A stretch of DNA of 64,000 nucleotides. Source: Deltaproteobacteria bacterium (lineage in GTDB: Bacteria > Desulfobacterota > Binatia > UBA1149 > CAITLU01). Below, piece after piece: positions 46,372 through 55,039 of this stretch. Below the pieces are notes generated by a model. The model did no database searches, was not told the DNA's origin, and saw only the letters and a list, made by a program, of their open reading frames with translations. Numbering within the stretch: the stretch's first letter is position 1; every line of letters starts with the position of its first letter. The position numbers and the translations under genes are program-made. Location of the stretch: assembly GCA_016218925.1 (NCBI GenBank), contig JACRCR010000160.1, forward strand, positions 23,677-87,676, read 5' to 3'.

Positions 46372-49300
46372 ATGAGGGGATTTCGGTGTCACGCGCACGG
46401 GGAACGTGCGAACACGTCTCGGGCCTTCGGCCGCGTGCGCCTGTTGTGGGGCGGACTGCTGTTGCTCGGTGTTCTCGCCGCGCCGGCGACCGCCGCCGCG
46501 GTTTGCGGCGACGCGATACTAGACCCTAGCGAAGAGTGTGATCCGGGCGGCGGCACCTACGTCGACGGCGACCCGGCCAACGGTTCGTGTAGTACCGGCG
46601 GCGACTGCTTCTACGAATTCAGTTGCTGCAAGTTCAACTGTCAGTTCGTCGGCGAGGGTGCGACCTGCTTCGACGACAATCCGTGCACGACCGCCGATCA
46701 ATGCGACCAGGTCGGCAACTGCGGCGGCAACAACGTACCTGACGGCGGGCTCTGCGATGACGGATTGTTCTGCACGGTCGGCGACCAGTGCACCGCCGGG
46801 GTCTGCTCGGGGCCGGCCTACGATTGCAGTGACTCCAACGTGTGTACCGACGACTCGTGCAACGAAGCCGCCGATTCGTGCTCGAACGTGCCGAACGCCG
46901 TGGCGTGCGACGATGGCCTGTTTTGCTCGACCGGCGATCAGTGTTCGGGCGGCGCCTGCTCGGGGACGGCGCTCAGTTGCGACGATTCGAACGCCTGTAC
47001 GGACGACTCGTGCGACGAGGTGGGCGACGCCTGCATCAACGCGAACAACGCCAATGCCTGCGACGACGGCCTGTTCTGTACGGTGAGCGATGCCTGCACC
47101 GGCGGCCTCTGCACCGGCCCGGCCCGCGACTGCGGCGACTCCAACGCGTGCACCGACGACTCGTGCAACGAAGCGGGGGACGTCTGCATCAACGCCGACA
47201 ACGCCGACCCGTGCGACGACGGCCTGTTCTGCACGGTGAGCGACGCGTGCGCGGGCGGCGTCTGCACCGGCGCGGCGCGAGACTGCGGCGATGCCAACGT
47301 CTGTACCGACGACGTGTGCGATGAAGGCACAGCCGCGTGCAGCAACCCGAACAATACCGCCGCTTGCGATGATGGTCTGTTCTGCACGGCCACCGATAGC
47401 TGCTCGGCCGGCGCATGCGTGGGAAGCGGCAACGGCTGCGACGATGCCAATGCCTGCACCGACGATACCTGCATCGAGGTCGGGGCTCTGTGCCTGTACG
47501 CGAACAACGCGGCGGCGTGCGACGATTCCGACGCTTGCACGACGCTCGATACCTGCTCGGGCGGCGTGTGCGTGGGCGGTCCGGCGCTGGTGTGCGACGA
47601 CGCCAACATCTGCACCGACGACTCGTGCAGCCCCTCGCTCGGGTGCGTCTTCGACGGCAACGGGATTTCGTGCGACGATGGGCTCTTCTGCACGCTGAAC
47701 GACCGTTGCCGCGCCACCGTGTGCTCGGGCGCCGCGCGCGACTGCGGCGACGGGAACATCTGTACCAGCGATTTCTGCGACGAGGCCGGCTCGGCCTGCG
47801 GCAGCGCGTTCAATACCGTCGAGTGCGACGACGGCGACGCCTGCACGGTCGACGACCGCTGCAGCGGCGGCTCGTGCGTGCCTGGCGCGGCCATGACGTG
47901 CGACGATTTCAACGTCTGCACCGACGAGGCTTGCGATCCGAGCGTTGGATGCCAGTTCTTCTCCAACTCCCTGGCGTGCGACGACGCCGATCCTTGCACG
48001 CCGGCCGATACCTGCGTGGCGGGCGCCTGCCAGGGCAGCGGCTCGCTTTGCGGCAACGGGATCGGCGACGGCGGCTGCGGTGAGACCTGCGACGACGGCA
48101 ACATCGCCGACGGCGACGGCTGCTCCGGCGCGTGTCAGCTCGAGCTTCGCGCGGAGCTGTCGCTGGCCAAGGTGGACGATTTCGACCCGGTTCTTCCGGG
48201 CGGCCTCCTCACATACACGCTGGCGTACTCGAACAGCGGCGAGGCCCCGCTGACGGGCGTTGTGGTGTCCGATCTGGTCGATCCCAGTACTACGTTCTTT
48301 GCGGCGCAGCCGGCGCCCGACGATGGCACGCAGGATCGCTGGACGATCGGCGCGCTCACACCCGGACAGAGCGGTAGCATCCAAGTCACGGTGGTCGCCG
48401 GCGCCGATCTCGGCGACGGCGACATCCTGCTCAACGCAGCCGAGATCGCTGCCGACGACGGCACGCTCGCACAAGCTACCGAGTCGACAGCGGTGTCGGC
48501 GAGCGTGAGCACGGCGCTGCTTCGGGTCGACGTCGCTCCGTATCTTGCGTCGTCGCGCGCGCCGGGATCGCTGATCTACGCGGTGTTCTATCGAAACGAG
48601 GGCTCGGACACGGCGGTGGCGGCAACGCTCGCGTTGGAGTTCCCCGCCGGCATGACTTTCGGTGGCGCCACGTTGGCGCCGGCGTCGCAATCGCAGGCGA
48701 CTGCGTCGTGGTCGCTCGGGGACCTCGAGCCGGGCGCGCGCGGGGGCTTCGTAGTTGCGGCGCGCGTGACCTCGGGTCTCGCCGCTGGCACCTCGCTGGC
48801 GGCGTGCGCGCAGCTCAGCGGTCTTGCGCCGGAGGGGGCCCTGGACGGGCCGGGTCTGCATGGCGGTTCCTGTGCGACCGCGAACGTCATCGGGCAGTGC
48901 GATCTGTGGTTCGCCAAGACGCACGAGCCGGTCGCGACCCTGCCCGGCGTAACCGGCGCGGTGTTGTCGCCGGCGGCGACCGCTCCGGTTGGTGCCGGCG
49001 GCGATGCGCTGGCGCGAGCTTCCGTCCGGGTGCTGGCGTCGCGTCTGTCGGGTAAGCAGCGGGCGCTGGTGATGCGTGCCGTCGATCCGCCGCACACGGC
49101 GACCGTCGCAGGCAACCGCAACGCGCGCGCCGGCGGCGGTGTGAGCTACTCGATCCGTTACAAGAACATCACGGTCACCAATTCTCTCGACGTCACGGTT
49201 GCGGATGCCGTCACGCTGACGCTGATCGCTCCGGCGCCGGCGTCGAGGGTGGGAAACTCGCTTCATTGGGACAACCTGGTGTCGCCGAGCGGCGCGGTGG

Positions 49301-50847
49301 CGCTTCGCGGCGTGGTCGATCCTGCAGCCGCGCCAGGAACGCTGCTGGAGGTGGCTGCGCAGCTCACCGACGATGCGGCCGCGATCGCCAGCGGCTCGTT
49401 CTCGACGCTGGTGCTCGACGATACCACGCCGGCTGCCGGCGACGGCGCGCCGCTGGTCAGCGTCGCGGGAGTGCGCAACGCCAGGGCCGCGGCGGCGGTT
49501 TCGTTCAGTGTGCGCTATAGCCACGCCGGCGATTCCAACGCGCTGGTACTCGATCTGCCGGCGGGTCTCTCCGTCTCGTCGACATCGCCGCCGGCCGACG
49601 CGACCGGCGATGCAACGCTTGCCTGGAACGACCTGCACGCGCCGTCGGGGAGCATCGCCATACGCGGCGAACTCGCTCCCGATCTCGCGCCGGGCACCGC
49701 TCTGACGCTTTCCGCCACGCTGACCAACGACGGCGGCGAGTCCGCCACTGGCGGTTTCACGACCACGGTGCTGGAGCCGCGGCCCGACACGGTCGATGCG
49801 CCGCCGACGCTGGTAGGGACCGACATCACTTACGAGCTCCGCTGGCTGGCGCCGTGCCAGGACGGCGCGACGCTCGAAGTGCGCGACAGGCTTCCAGCGG
49901 ATCTCGAACTGGTGACGGCTTCTGCCCAGCGCGGGTTCGTCAGTCGCGAAGCGGCCGGCGTCGCGATGGCGTTTCCGAGCACGCCGGCGGGTGCGCCGCA
50001 GGTCGCCCGCCTCTTCTCGCGGGTAGCTGCCGATCCGGCGCCCGGCACCCTCGTGGTCAACGAAGGTGAGGCCACTTTCGCCGCAGGCGTCAGCCGAGAC
50101 GCGGACCTGTTCGAAGTGCCCGACCTCGGTGGCGTCGATGCGACGCCCAGGATCGACATCCTCGGTCGTACGACGGTTCGTGATGGCCGTGCGATCACAC
50201 TCAGCGTTCGCGCCGCTGGACTCGCGCCCGGCGCGCGTGTGGTGGTCGCAGTTCCGGCCGAACTGGTTCCGACGTCGATCCAGCCGGAGCCGAGCGAGGT
50301 GGCCGGGAACGTCTTTACCTGGACGAATCTGCAAGAGACGGCGGTCTCGCTCCGCGTGCGAGGCGATATCGTGCTCGGCGACACGCCGGCGCTCGCGGCC
50401 TACGTTACGACTACCGCTGCCGTGCGAAACCCCGACGGCAAGCAAGCCACCACCGAGTTGCACACGCTGGCCACGATTCTTCGCAAGCCGCCCAAACCGC
50501 CGGTGGTACGCCCGGCGAGGTTCTCGCTGAGCGGCCAGCGGTGGGTCACCGACGGTGGGCGCGTCACTCTCGTTGCGCGCTACCACAACGTGGCCGGCAG
50601 CGCGGCGATCGAGATGGCGCTGCCCGAGCAGTTCGTCGCCGACGCCGTCTACCCGGAAACCGGTACCGTCAACGGCAACATCATCCGCTGGCCGGCTACC
50701 AGCGGCGCCTCCGGCAAGGTCTCCGCGCTCGTGCACGTCGATTTCGCCGGGGACTCTTCGGAGATCGACGTGGTGACGTCCACCGCGACGCTGACGCTCG
50801 AGAGCGGCGAGGTTCTGAGCCGCTCCCGCGGCTTCCTGGTGCGTTGA
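46372..50847 (+). CDS. Large secreted Cys-rich repeat / DUF11 (Ig-like) surface protein (~1490 aa)
   Basis: Signal peptide, myxococcal-type CGDAILD..EECD and CGNG..ETCDDGN..DGDGCS..CQ.E repeats, Cys-rich tandem block, ELSLAKVD..PV.PG..LTYT DUF11 domains. Confidence 0.85.
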   Translation: MRGFRCHAHGERANTSRAFGRVRLLWGGLLLLGVLAAPATAAAVCGDAILDPSEECDPGGGTYVDGDPANGSCSTGGDCFYEFSCCKFNCQFVGEGATCFDDNPCTTADQCDQVGNCGGNNVPDGGLCDDGLFCTVGDQCTAGVCSGPAYDCSDSNVCTDDSCNEAADSCSNVPNAVACDDGLFCSTGDQCSGGACSGTALSCDDSNACTDDSCDEVGDACINANNANACDDGLFCTVSDACTGGLCTGPARDCGDSNACTDDSCNEAGDVCINADNADPCDDGLFCTVSDACAGGVCTGAARDCGDANVCTDDVCDEGTAACSNPNNTAACDDGLFCTATDSCSAGACVGSGNGCDDANACTDDTCIEVGALCLYANNAAACDDSDACTTLDTCSGGVCVGGPALVCDDANICTDDSCSPSLGCVFDGNGISCDDGLFCTLNDRCRATVCSGAARDCGDGNICTSDFCDEAGSACGSAFNTVECDDGDACTVDDRCSGGSCVPGAAMTCDDFNVCTDEACDPSVGCQFFSNSLACDDADPCTPADTCVAGACQGSGSLCGNGIGDGGCGETCDDGNIADGDGCSGACQLELRAELSLAKVDDFDPVLPGGLLTYTLAYSNSGEAPLTGVVVSDLVDPSTTFFAAQPAPDDGTQDRWTIGALTPGQSGSIQVTVVAGADLGDGDILLNAAEIAADDGTLAQATESTAVSASVSTALLRVDVAPYLASSRAPGSLIYAVFYRNEGSDTAVAATLALEFPAGMTFGGATLAPASQSQATASWSLGDLEPGARGGFVVAARVTSGLAAGTSLAACAQLSGLAPEGALDGPGLHGGSCATANVIGQCDLWFAKTHEPVATLPGVTGAVLSPAATAPVGAGGDALARASVRVLASRLSGKQRALVMRAVDPPHTATVAGNRNARAGGGVSYSIRYKNITVTNSLDVTVADAVTLTLIAPAPASRVGNSLHWDNLVSPSGAVALRGVVDPAAAPGTLLEVAAQLTDDAAAIASGSFSTLVLDDTTPAAGDGAPLVSVAGVRNARAAAAVSFSVRYSHAGDSNALVLDLPAGLSVSSTSPPADATGDATLAWNDLHAPSGSIAIRGELAPDLAPGTALTLSATLTNDGGESATGGFTTTVLEPRPDTVDAPPTLVGTDITYELRWLAPCQDGATLEVRDRLPADLELVTASAQRGFVSREAAGVAMAFPSTPAGAPQVARLFSRVAADPAPGTLVVNEGEATFAAGVSRDADLFEVPDLGGVDATPRIDILGRTTVRDGRAITLSVRAAGLAPGARVVVAVPAELVPTSIQPEPSEVAGNVFTWTNLQETAVSLRVRGDIVLGDTPALAAYVTTTAAVRNPDGKQATTELHTLATILRKPPKPPVVRPARFSLSGQRWVTDGGRVTLVARYHNVAGSAAIEMALPEQFVADAVYPETGTVNGNIIRWPATSGASGKVSALVHVDFAGDSSEIDVVTSTATLTLESGEVLSRSRGFLVR
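46753..47976 (+). repeat. Eight in-frame 153-bp (51-aa) Cys-rich tandem repeats
   Basis: Consensus CDDGLFCT..D.C..G.C.G....C.D.N.CTDD.C.E....C....N...; unit starts fall exactly 153 nt apart from 46753 to 47977. Confidence 0.9.
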
Positions 50848-51026
50848 CCGCCACGAAGAGTCGCAGCGCGTGAGGGCGCCTCCGCGCCACGACGTTCACC
50901 GTTCTGGAGCAGTGCCCGCAGACTGGGGCGGCCTGCCGGCAGAGGGCGGCCTCGACGCCGGCACTCCGGTCAGGCCAGGCTCGCCGCGCCCGGTTTGACG
51001 CCAGCCATCGGCTCGCGCTAAAAGAG

Positions 51027-51040
51027 AACGAATGTTCGTT
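51027..51040. promoter_or_regulatory. Putative TetR operator next to a sigma70-like promoter
   Basis: Inverted repeat AACGAA-TG-TTCGTT; TTGACG (50995) and TAAAAG (51019) upstream. Confidence 0.6.
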
Positions 51041-51985
51041 TTGCATAGCGTGGCGCCGCGGGCGAGCCGCACGGCGCAGTTCATGGCCCTGTTCCGGGCG
51101 CTCGAATCCTGCCGGCCGGCCACCCAGCGTCTGTTCTGCGACCCGTACGCAACCCTCTTCTTGCCGCCGTCGCTGAGGCTGGCGGTGTGGGTCGCAAGCC
51201 TTCCGCTGGTCGGCGCGCTGGTCCCGTGGTTCATCGACCGCCGCTGGCCGGGCGCCAGATCCTCGGGTGCGGCGCGTACGCGATTGATCGACGACGAGGT
51301 AGGCGCGGCTTTGCGGCGCGGCATCGCTCAGGTCGTACTGCTCGGCGCCGGTTTCGACGCACGCGCCCATCGACTACCCGGCATCGAGCGCGCCCGCGTC
51401 TTCGAGGTCGATCGTTCAGCGACCATGGGCGCGAAGCTCGCGGCTCTGCGTTCACGCATGGAGCGGCTGCCCGACCACGTCGTGCCGGTCGAAGTGGACT
51501 TCGAGCGTAACGACCTGCAGCAGGCGCTGGCGGCGGCGGGCTTTCGCCGCGAGGTACCCGCGATGGTCGTCTGGGAGGGAGTGACTAACTATCTGACCGC
51601 CGAGGCGGTTGACGCCACGCTGCGGGCGATCGCCGAGCTGACCGCACGGGGAAGCAGGCTGCTCTTCACTTACGTTCATCGCGGCGTGCTGGACGGCTCG
51701 ACGTCTTTTGATCAGACACGGCGTCTGTCGGCGACACTGCGCAGGGTTGGTGAGCCGTGGAGATTCGGCCTGGATCCCGCCGAGGTCGGCGCCTACCTGG
51801 CGGCGCGCGGTTTTGAGTTGCTGGCGGACCAGGGCGCGCGGGAATACCGAGCCAGGTATTTCGGCGAGCCCGGGCAAGGCTACGAGTTCTATCGCGCGGC
51901 GCTGGCCGAGCGGGATCACCGCGGCGCCGGCGCAGCGAGCGAGCGCGAGGACGACTCGAGGACCAGACAGCCATGCCCAAAGTAA
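51032..51985 (+). CDS. SAM-dependent methyltransferase (LCM/Ppm1-like)
   Basis: ASRTA, RALES, DPYA, RTRLID, QVVLLGAGFDARA, FEVD, WEGVTNYL. True start may be GTG 51050. Confidence 0.9.
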   Translation: MFVLHSVAPRASRTAQFMALFRALESCRPATQRLFCDPYATLFLPPSLRLAVWVASLPLVGALVPWFIDRRWPGARSSGAARTRLIDDEVGAALRRGIAQVVLLGAGFDARAHRLPGIERARVFEVDRSATMGAKLAALRSRMERLPDHVVPVEVDFERNDLQQALAAAGFRREVPAMVVWEGVTNYLTAEAVDATLRAIAELTARGSRLLFTYVHRGVLDGSTSFDQTRRLSATLRRVGEPWRFGLDPAEVGAYLAARGFELLADQGAREYRARYFGEPGQGYEFYRAALAERDHRGAGAASEREDDSRTRQPCPK

Positions 51986-52596
51986 GCGATACGCATCGCG
52001 CCGCGCGGCGCCGGCAAGTCCTGGACGCGGCCACCGAATGCTTCGCGCGGCAGGGATTCCACCGCACGACGATGCAGGACATCGTGCGCGAGGCCGGACT
52101 CAGTGCCGGCGCGGTCTACGGATACTTCGCCGGCAAAGACGACATCATCGAAGCGATCTCCGCCGAGCGGCACGAGCGCGAACGAGAACTCATCCGCCAG
52201 GCACGCGGCCTGCCCGCGGCGGAGGTCCTGCGGCGACTGGCGCGCGACTTCCTGGGAAGCCTGACCGAGCGCGACGAACAGAAGAGGCGCCGGGTAGGCG
52301 TGCAGGTCTGGGCCGAGGCGCTACGCGAGCCGCGAGTGATGCGCCTGGTTCGCCGCGGCATCGACGAGCCACTGCGCTTGCTGACGCAGGTGATCGAGCA
52401 GGCACAGGCGCGCGGCGAGATCGCGCCGGGGCTCGACGCGCAGGCGGTCTCGCGCGCGATCGTCGCGCTCTTTCACGGTTTCGTGCTGCAGCAGAGCTGG
52501 GATCCGCGCGTCAAAGTCGCGCCGTACCTGGCCGCTATCGAGGCGGTGATCGACGCCTTGCTCGCGCATCGAGGCGCCGCGGGCAAGAAAGCGTGA
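51973..52596 (+). CDS. TetR/AcrR family regulator
   Basis: MPKVS..CFARQGFHRTTMQDIVREAGLSAGAVYGYF. Confidence 0.93.
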   Translation: MPKVSDTHRAARRRQVLDAATECFARQGFHRTTMQDIVREAGLSAGAVYGYFAGKDDIIEAISAERHERERELIRQARGLPAAEVLRRLARDFLGSLTERDEQKRRRVGVQVWAEALREPRVMRLVRRGIDEPLRLLTQVIEQAQARGEIAPGLDAQAVSRAIVALFHGFVLQQSWDPRVKVAPYLAAIEAVIDALLAHRGAAGKKA

Positions 52597-53261
52597 CGCG
52601 CTCGGGCGTCCTGTTCGCACTGCTCGCGGCCGCCGTGGTGCTGGCAGTCCTGGTGTTCGGTTCGGCACTGCGCGAGATCGATGCCGAGGCTGTAGCTGTC
52701 CGCGTGCGCGCCGCAGGTCCGCTCGGACCCGCCGCGTTGCTGCTGCTGCTGGTGCTCCAGTGCGTGGTCGCCCCGCTCCCGTCGGAGCCGGTGATGGTCG
52801 CGGCCGGGTTCGTCTACGGCCCGGTGTTCGGCTTCGCGATCTCCTGGCTGGGTGTCGTGCTGGGGGCCGGCGTCTGTTTCGGTCTCGCGCGTCGTTTCGG
52901 GCGCCCGCTCGTGTTGCGCTTCGTTCATGCCAGGCACCTCGATGCGCTCGATGCCTATGTCGCCGATCGCGGCGTGGGTGCGGCCTTCGCGTTGGTGCTG
53001 TCGATCCGCCTGCTCGCGTTCATGTCGTTCGACATCGTCAGCTATGGCTGCGGGCTGACCGGCTTCCCGCTGCGCTGGTTCGTGCTGGCCAGCGGCCTCG
53101 GCGTCGTGCCTAAGGCTTTCGCGTTCACGTACGCGGGTGCCAGTGCCGCGTCGCGGCCCGGTTGGCTCGACGCCGTGATCCTCGCCGGCAGCTTCGGAGT
53201 GGTGTTTGCGGTCCCGTGGTTGGCGCGGCGCCTGTCGCGGCGCCGCGCGACCGGCGACTAA
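52593..53261 (+). CDS. TVP38/TMEM64 (DedA/VTT) membrane protein
   Basis: APLPSE, AGFVYG, F.LARRFGR, RLL..FDIVSYG.G; GTGA overlap. Confidence 0.88.
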   Translation: MTRSGVLFALLAAAVVLAVLVFGSALREIDAEAVAVRVRAAGPLGPAALLLLLVLQCVVAPLPSEPVMVAAGFVYGPVFGFAISWLGVVLGAGVCFGLARRFGRPLVLRFVHARHLDALDAYVADRGVGAAFALVLSIRLLAFMSFDIVSYGCGLTGFPLRWFVLASGLGVVPKAFAFTYAGASAASRPGWLDAVILAGSFGVVFAVPWLARRLSRRRATGD

Positions 53262-53758
53262 CGCCGTGCAGCAAGACGCCCGCTGCGCGCGGCCAGCGCG
53301 AGTTGCAGAACTCGGCCGGCGGCGCGCGGCGACGCAGGCCGGCACGGTGGCGCTGGGGATGAGTCGATCTGCGGAGCCGGCCAAATGGCCATTCTCTCCT
53401 TGCCAGGATCCGGCCATGAGGGGTAGATTGCGGCCGCACTGCGTCGGCTGATCATCCGTCTTTGTCGGCAACAAGGAGGGGTCCGATGGCGGGATGATCC
53501 CAACTGCGGTTGCTCAGCGGCCCGAGTGGCCGCGCCGTTCAGCGGAGAAGGCGCGGTCGCTCGCGACGGCTGCATCTTGCTGCTCCTGGTAACTCCGAGT
53601 TCAAGTTGGCCGGCTTCGTCTCGTCGGAACCGTGACCGTGCTGTTGGTGCAATGCACGATCGGCGTCGCCGCGGCGCCGAACCAGCTCAGTGCGGGTGGT
53701 CGATCGTGACGGGGTCGGCGTGATCGCAACCAAGCAAACCGAGAAAGGGAGGTGTCTC

Positions 53759-54241
53759 ATGCCAAGAGTCGGGTCAGGGAAAGTGGCTGTCGCTCTGGGT
53801 GCGGTGCTGCTTTTCGCCAGTCAGGGCTGGGCGTTCAATCCTCAGCCCGAACCGCCGGGGATATTCGGCGTGGTGAGTAGTCAGAGCATCGGTGTGAACA
53901 TCGTGAACGTCGGCGGCAAGCGCAACGAGACCTGTGACGTCAAGCTTCAGCTGCTGGATAGCGCCGGCGCGGTCGTGGAAGAACTTCAAGTCCGCGATCT
54001 TCAGGTGGCACGGTCCAGTTTGCTGGTGGTCGACGCCGGCCGGTTCGGTCTCGCGCCGGGGCAGCGCAAGCAGCTTCGTGCGGTGGTCGTGCCGCTCATT
54101 TCGCCGGCGCTGGGCCGTAGCTGCAACAGCCTGATGCTGCCTACTGTCGAGATCTTCGACACCACGACAGGAGAGTCCGGGTTGATCTTGAGTCCGGCGG
54201 TCTTGAAGGGATTCAATCCGCAGCCGGAACCTCCGGGGTGA
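53759..54241 (+). CDS. Secreted hypothetical protein with FNPQPEPPG at both mature termini (160 aa)
   Basis: AGGGAGG RBS, signal peptide ending GWA, motif at residues 26-34 and 152-160. Confidence 0.85.
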   Translation: MPRVGSGKVAVALGAVLLFASQGWAFNPQPEPPGIFGVVSSQSIGVNIVNVGGKRNETCDVKLQLLDSAGAVVEELQVRDLQVARSSLLVVDAGRFGLAPGQRKQLRAVVVPLISPALGRSCNSLMLPTVEIFDTTTGESGLILSPAVLKGFNPQPEPPG

Positions 54242-54480
54242 TGCCTGGCGGCGCGGGCGCCGGCGAGGCCGGCGGATGCCATCCCATGCCGTTGACAGCC
54301 TCGAGACAGAAGGAAGAAAGTGGCGCGCCAAGCTCGCGGTGCCGGTGCCGCTCGCCGTGCGCGATCGTCGCCACACGTTCCGGTGTTTGACTGGAGGGGA
54401 GGCTCTCGAAGGTGTGACGTCTTCATCGACAACCGGCAGCCCCACGCGAGATCGCGCGTGGCTGCCAAGGGGAACCAGCA

Positions 54481-54966
54481 ATGAGAACGGTGAGTGTGGG
54501 TTTGTTGATCCTGCTGTTTGCGGCCACCACCGCGAATGCGGCAGGCTTGGGGCCGCGCAAAGCCAGTGACCTCGTGATGATCACCGCTTCGAACACCGAT
54601 TGTCCCTTCGGCGGAGAGGCGATCGACCTGAGGTTCGCCGCCGATGGAACCACCAGCGCGCTCGTGATTCCGGCAGGGCAGGCGCTGGTGGTACAGAGCG
54701 TCCAGTGGCGGACGTTCGGTATCGTGGCGTACGAACATATCGAGCTTCTGCTGAGTCTGCAGACCGCCACCGGAGTCGCCACCGCAGTGGCCGGTGACGG
54801 CAGCATCTCGGATAGTCTGGGCGGCAACGCGGGGAGTATCCAGATCACTCCTGGGGTGATCGTTCGTCCCGGTCAGACACTGTGCACTACCTGCACGTCC
54901 GCGTTTTCCTCTCAGACGGTTCAATGCCTCGGCACTGCGCAGGGTTTTCTTACCAAGGACAAGTAG
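54481..54966 (+). CDS. Secreted hypothetical protein (161 aa)
   Basis: Signal peptide ..ATTANA, beta-rich body with four Cys; AAGGGG upstream. Confidence 0.75.
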   Translation: MRTVSVGLLILLFAATTANAAGLGPRKASDLVMITASNTDCPFGGEAIDLRFAADGTTSALVIPAGQALVVQSVQWRTFGIVAYEHIELLLSLQTATGVATAVAGDGSISDSLGGNAGSIQITPGVIVRPGQTLCTTCTSAFSSQTVQCLGTAQGFLTKDK

Positions 54967-55039
54967 CCGGCGGCCTGAGCCCGAGTAATGCCTCGCAGTT
55001 CCAGTCCGGCGAGAGCCTCGGCCCGGCGGCGGGCCGCGG

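Noticed and set aside
46519-50736. 1405-aa antisense ORF; also 37578..40316(-), 31151..33556(+), 6322..8592(+), 15507..17687(-) and many shorter ones
   Set aside because: Shadow frames of well-supported genes in high-GC DNA; no family motifs and Arg/Ala-rich composition
53733-53758. c-di-GMP-I riboswitch-like GCAAACC..GAAA..GG before the FNPQPEPPG gene
   Set aside because: Lacks the downstream GCAAAG/P3 elements and overlaps the RBS
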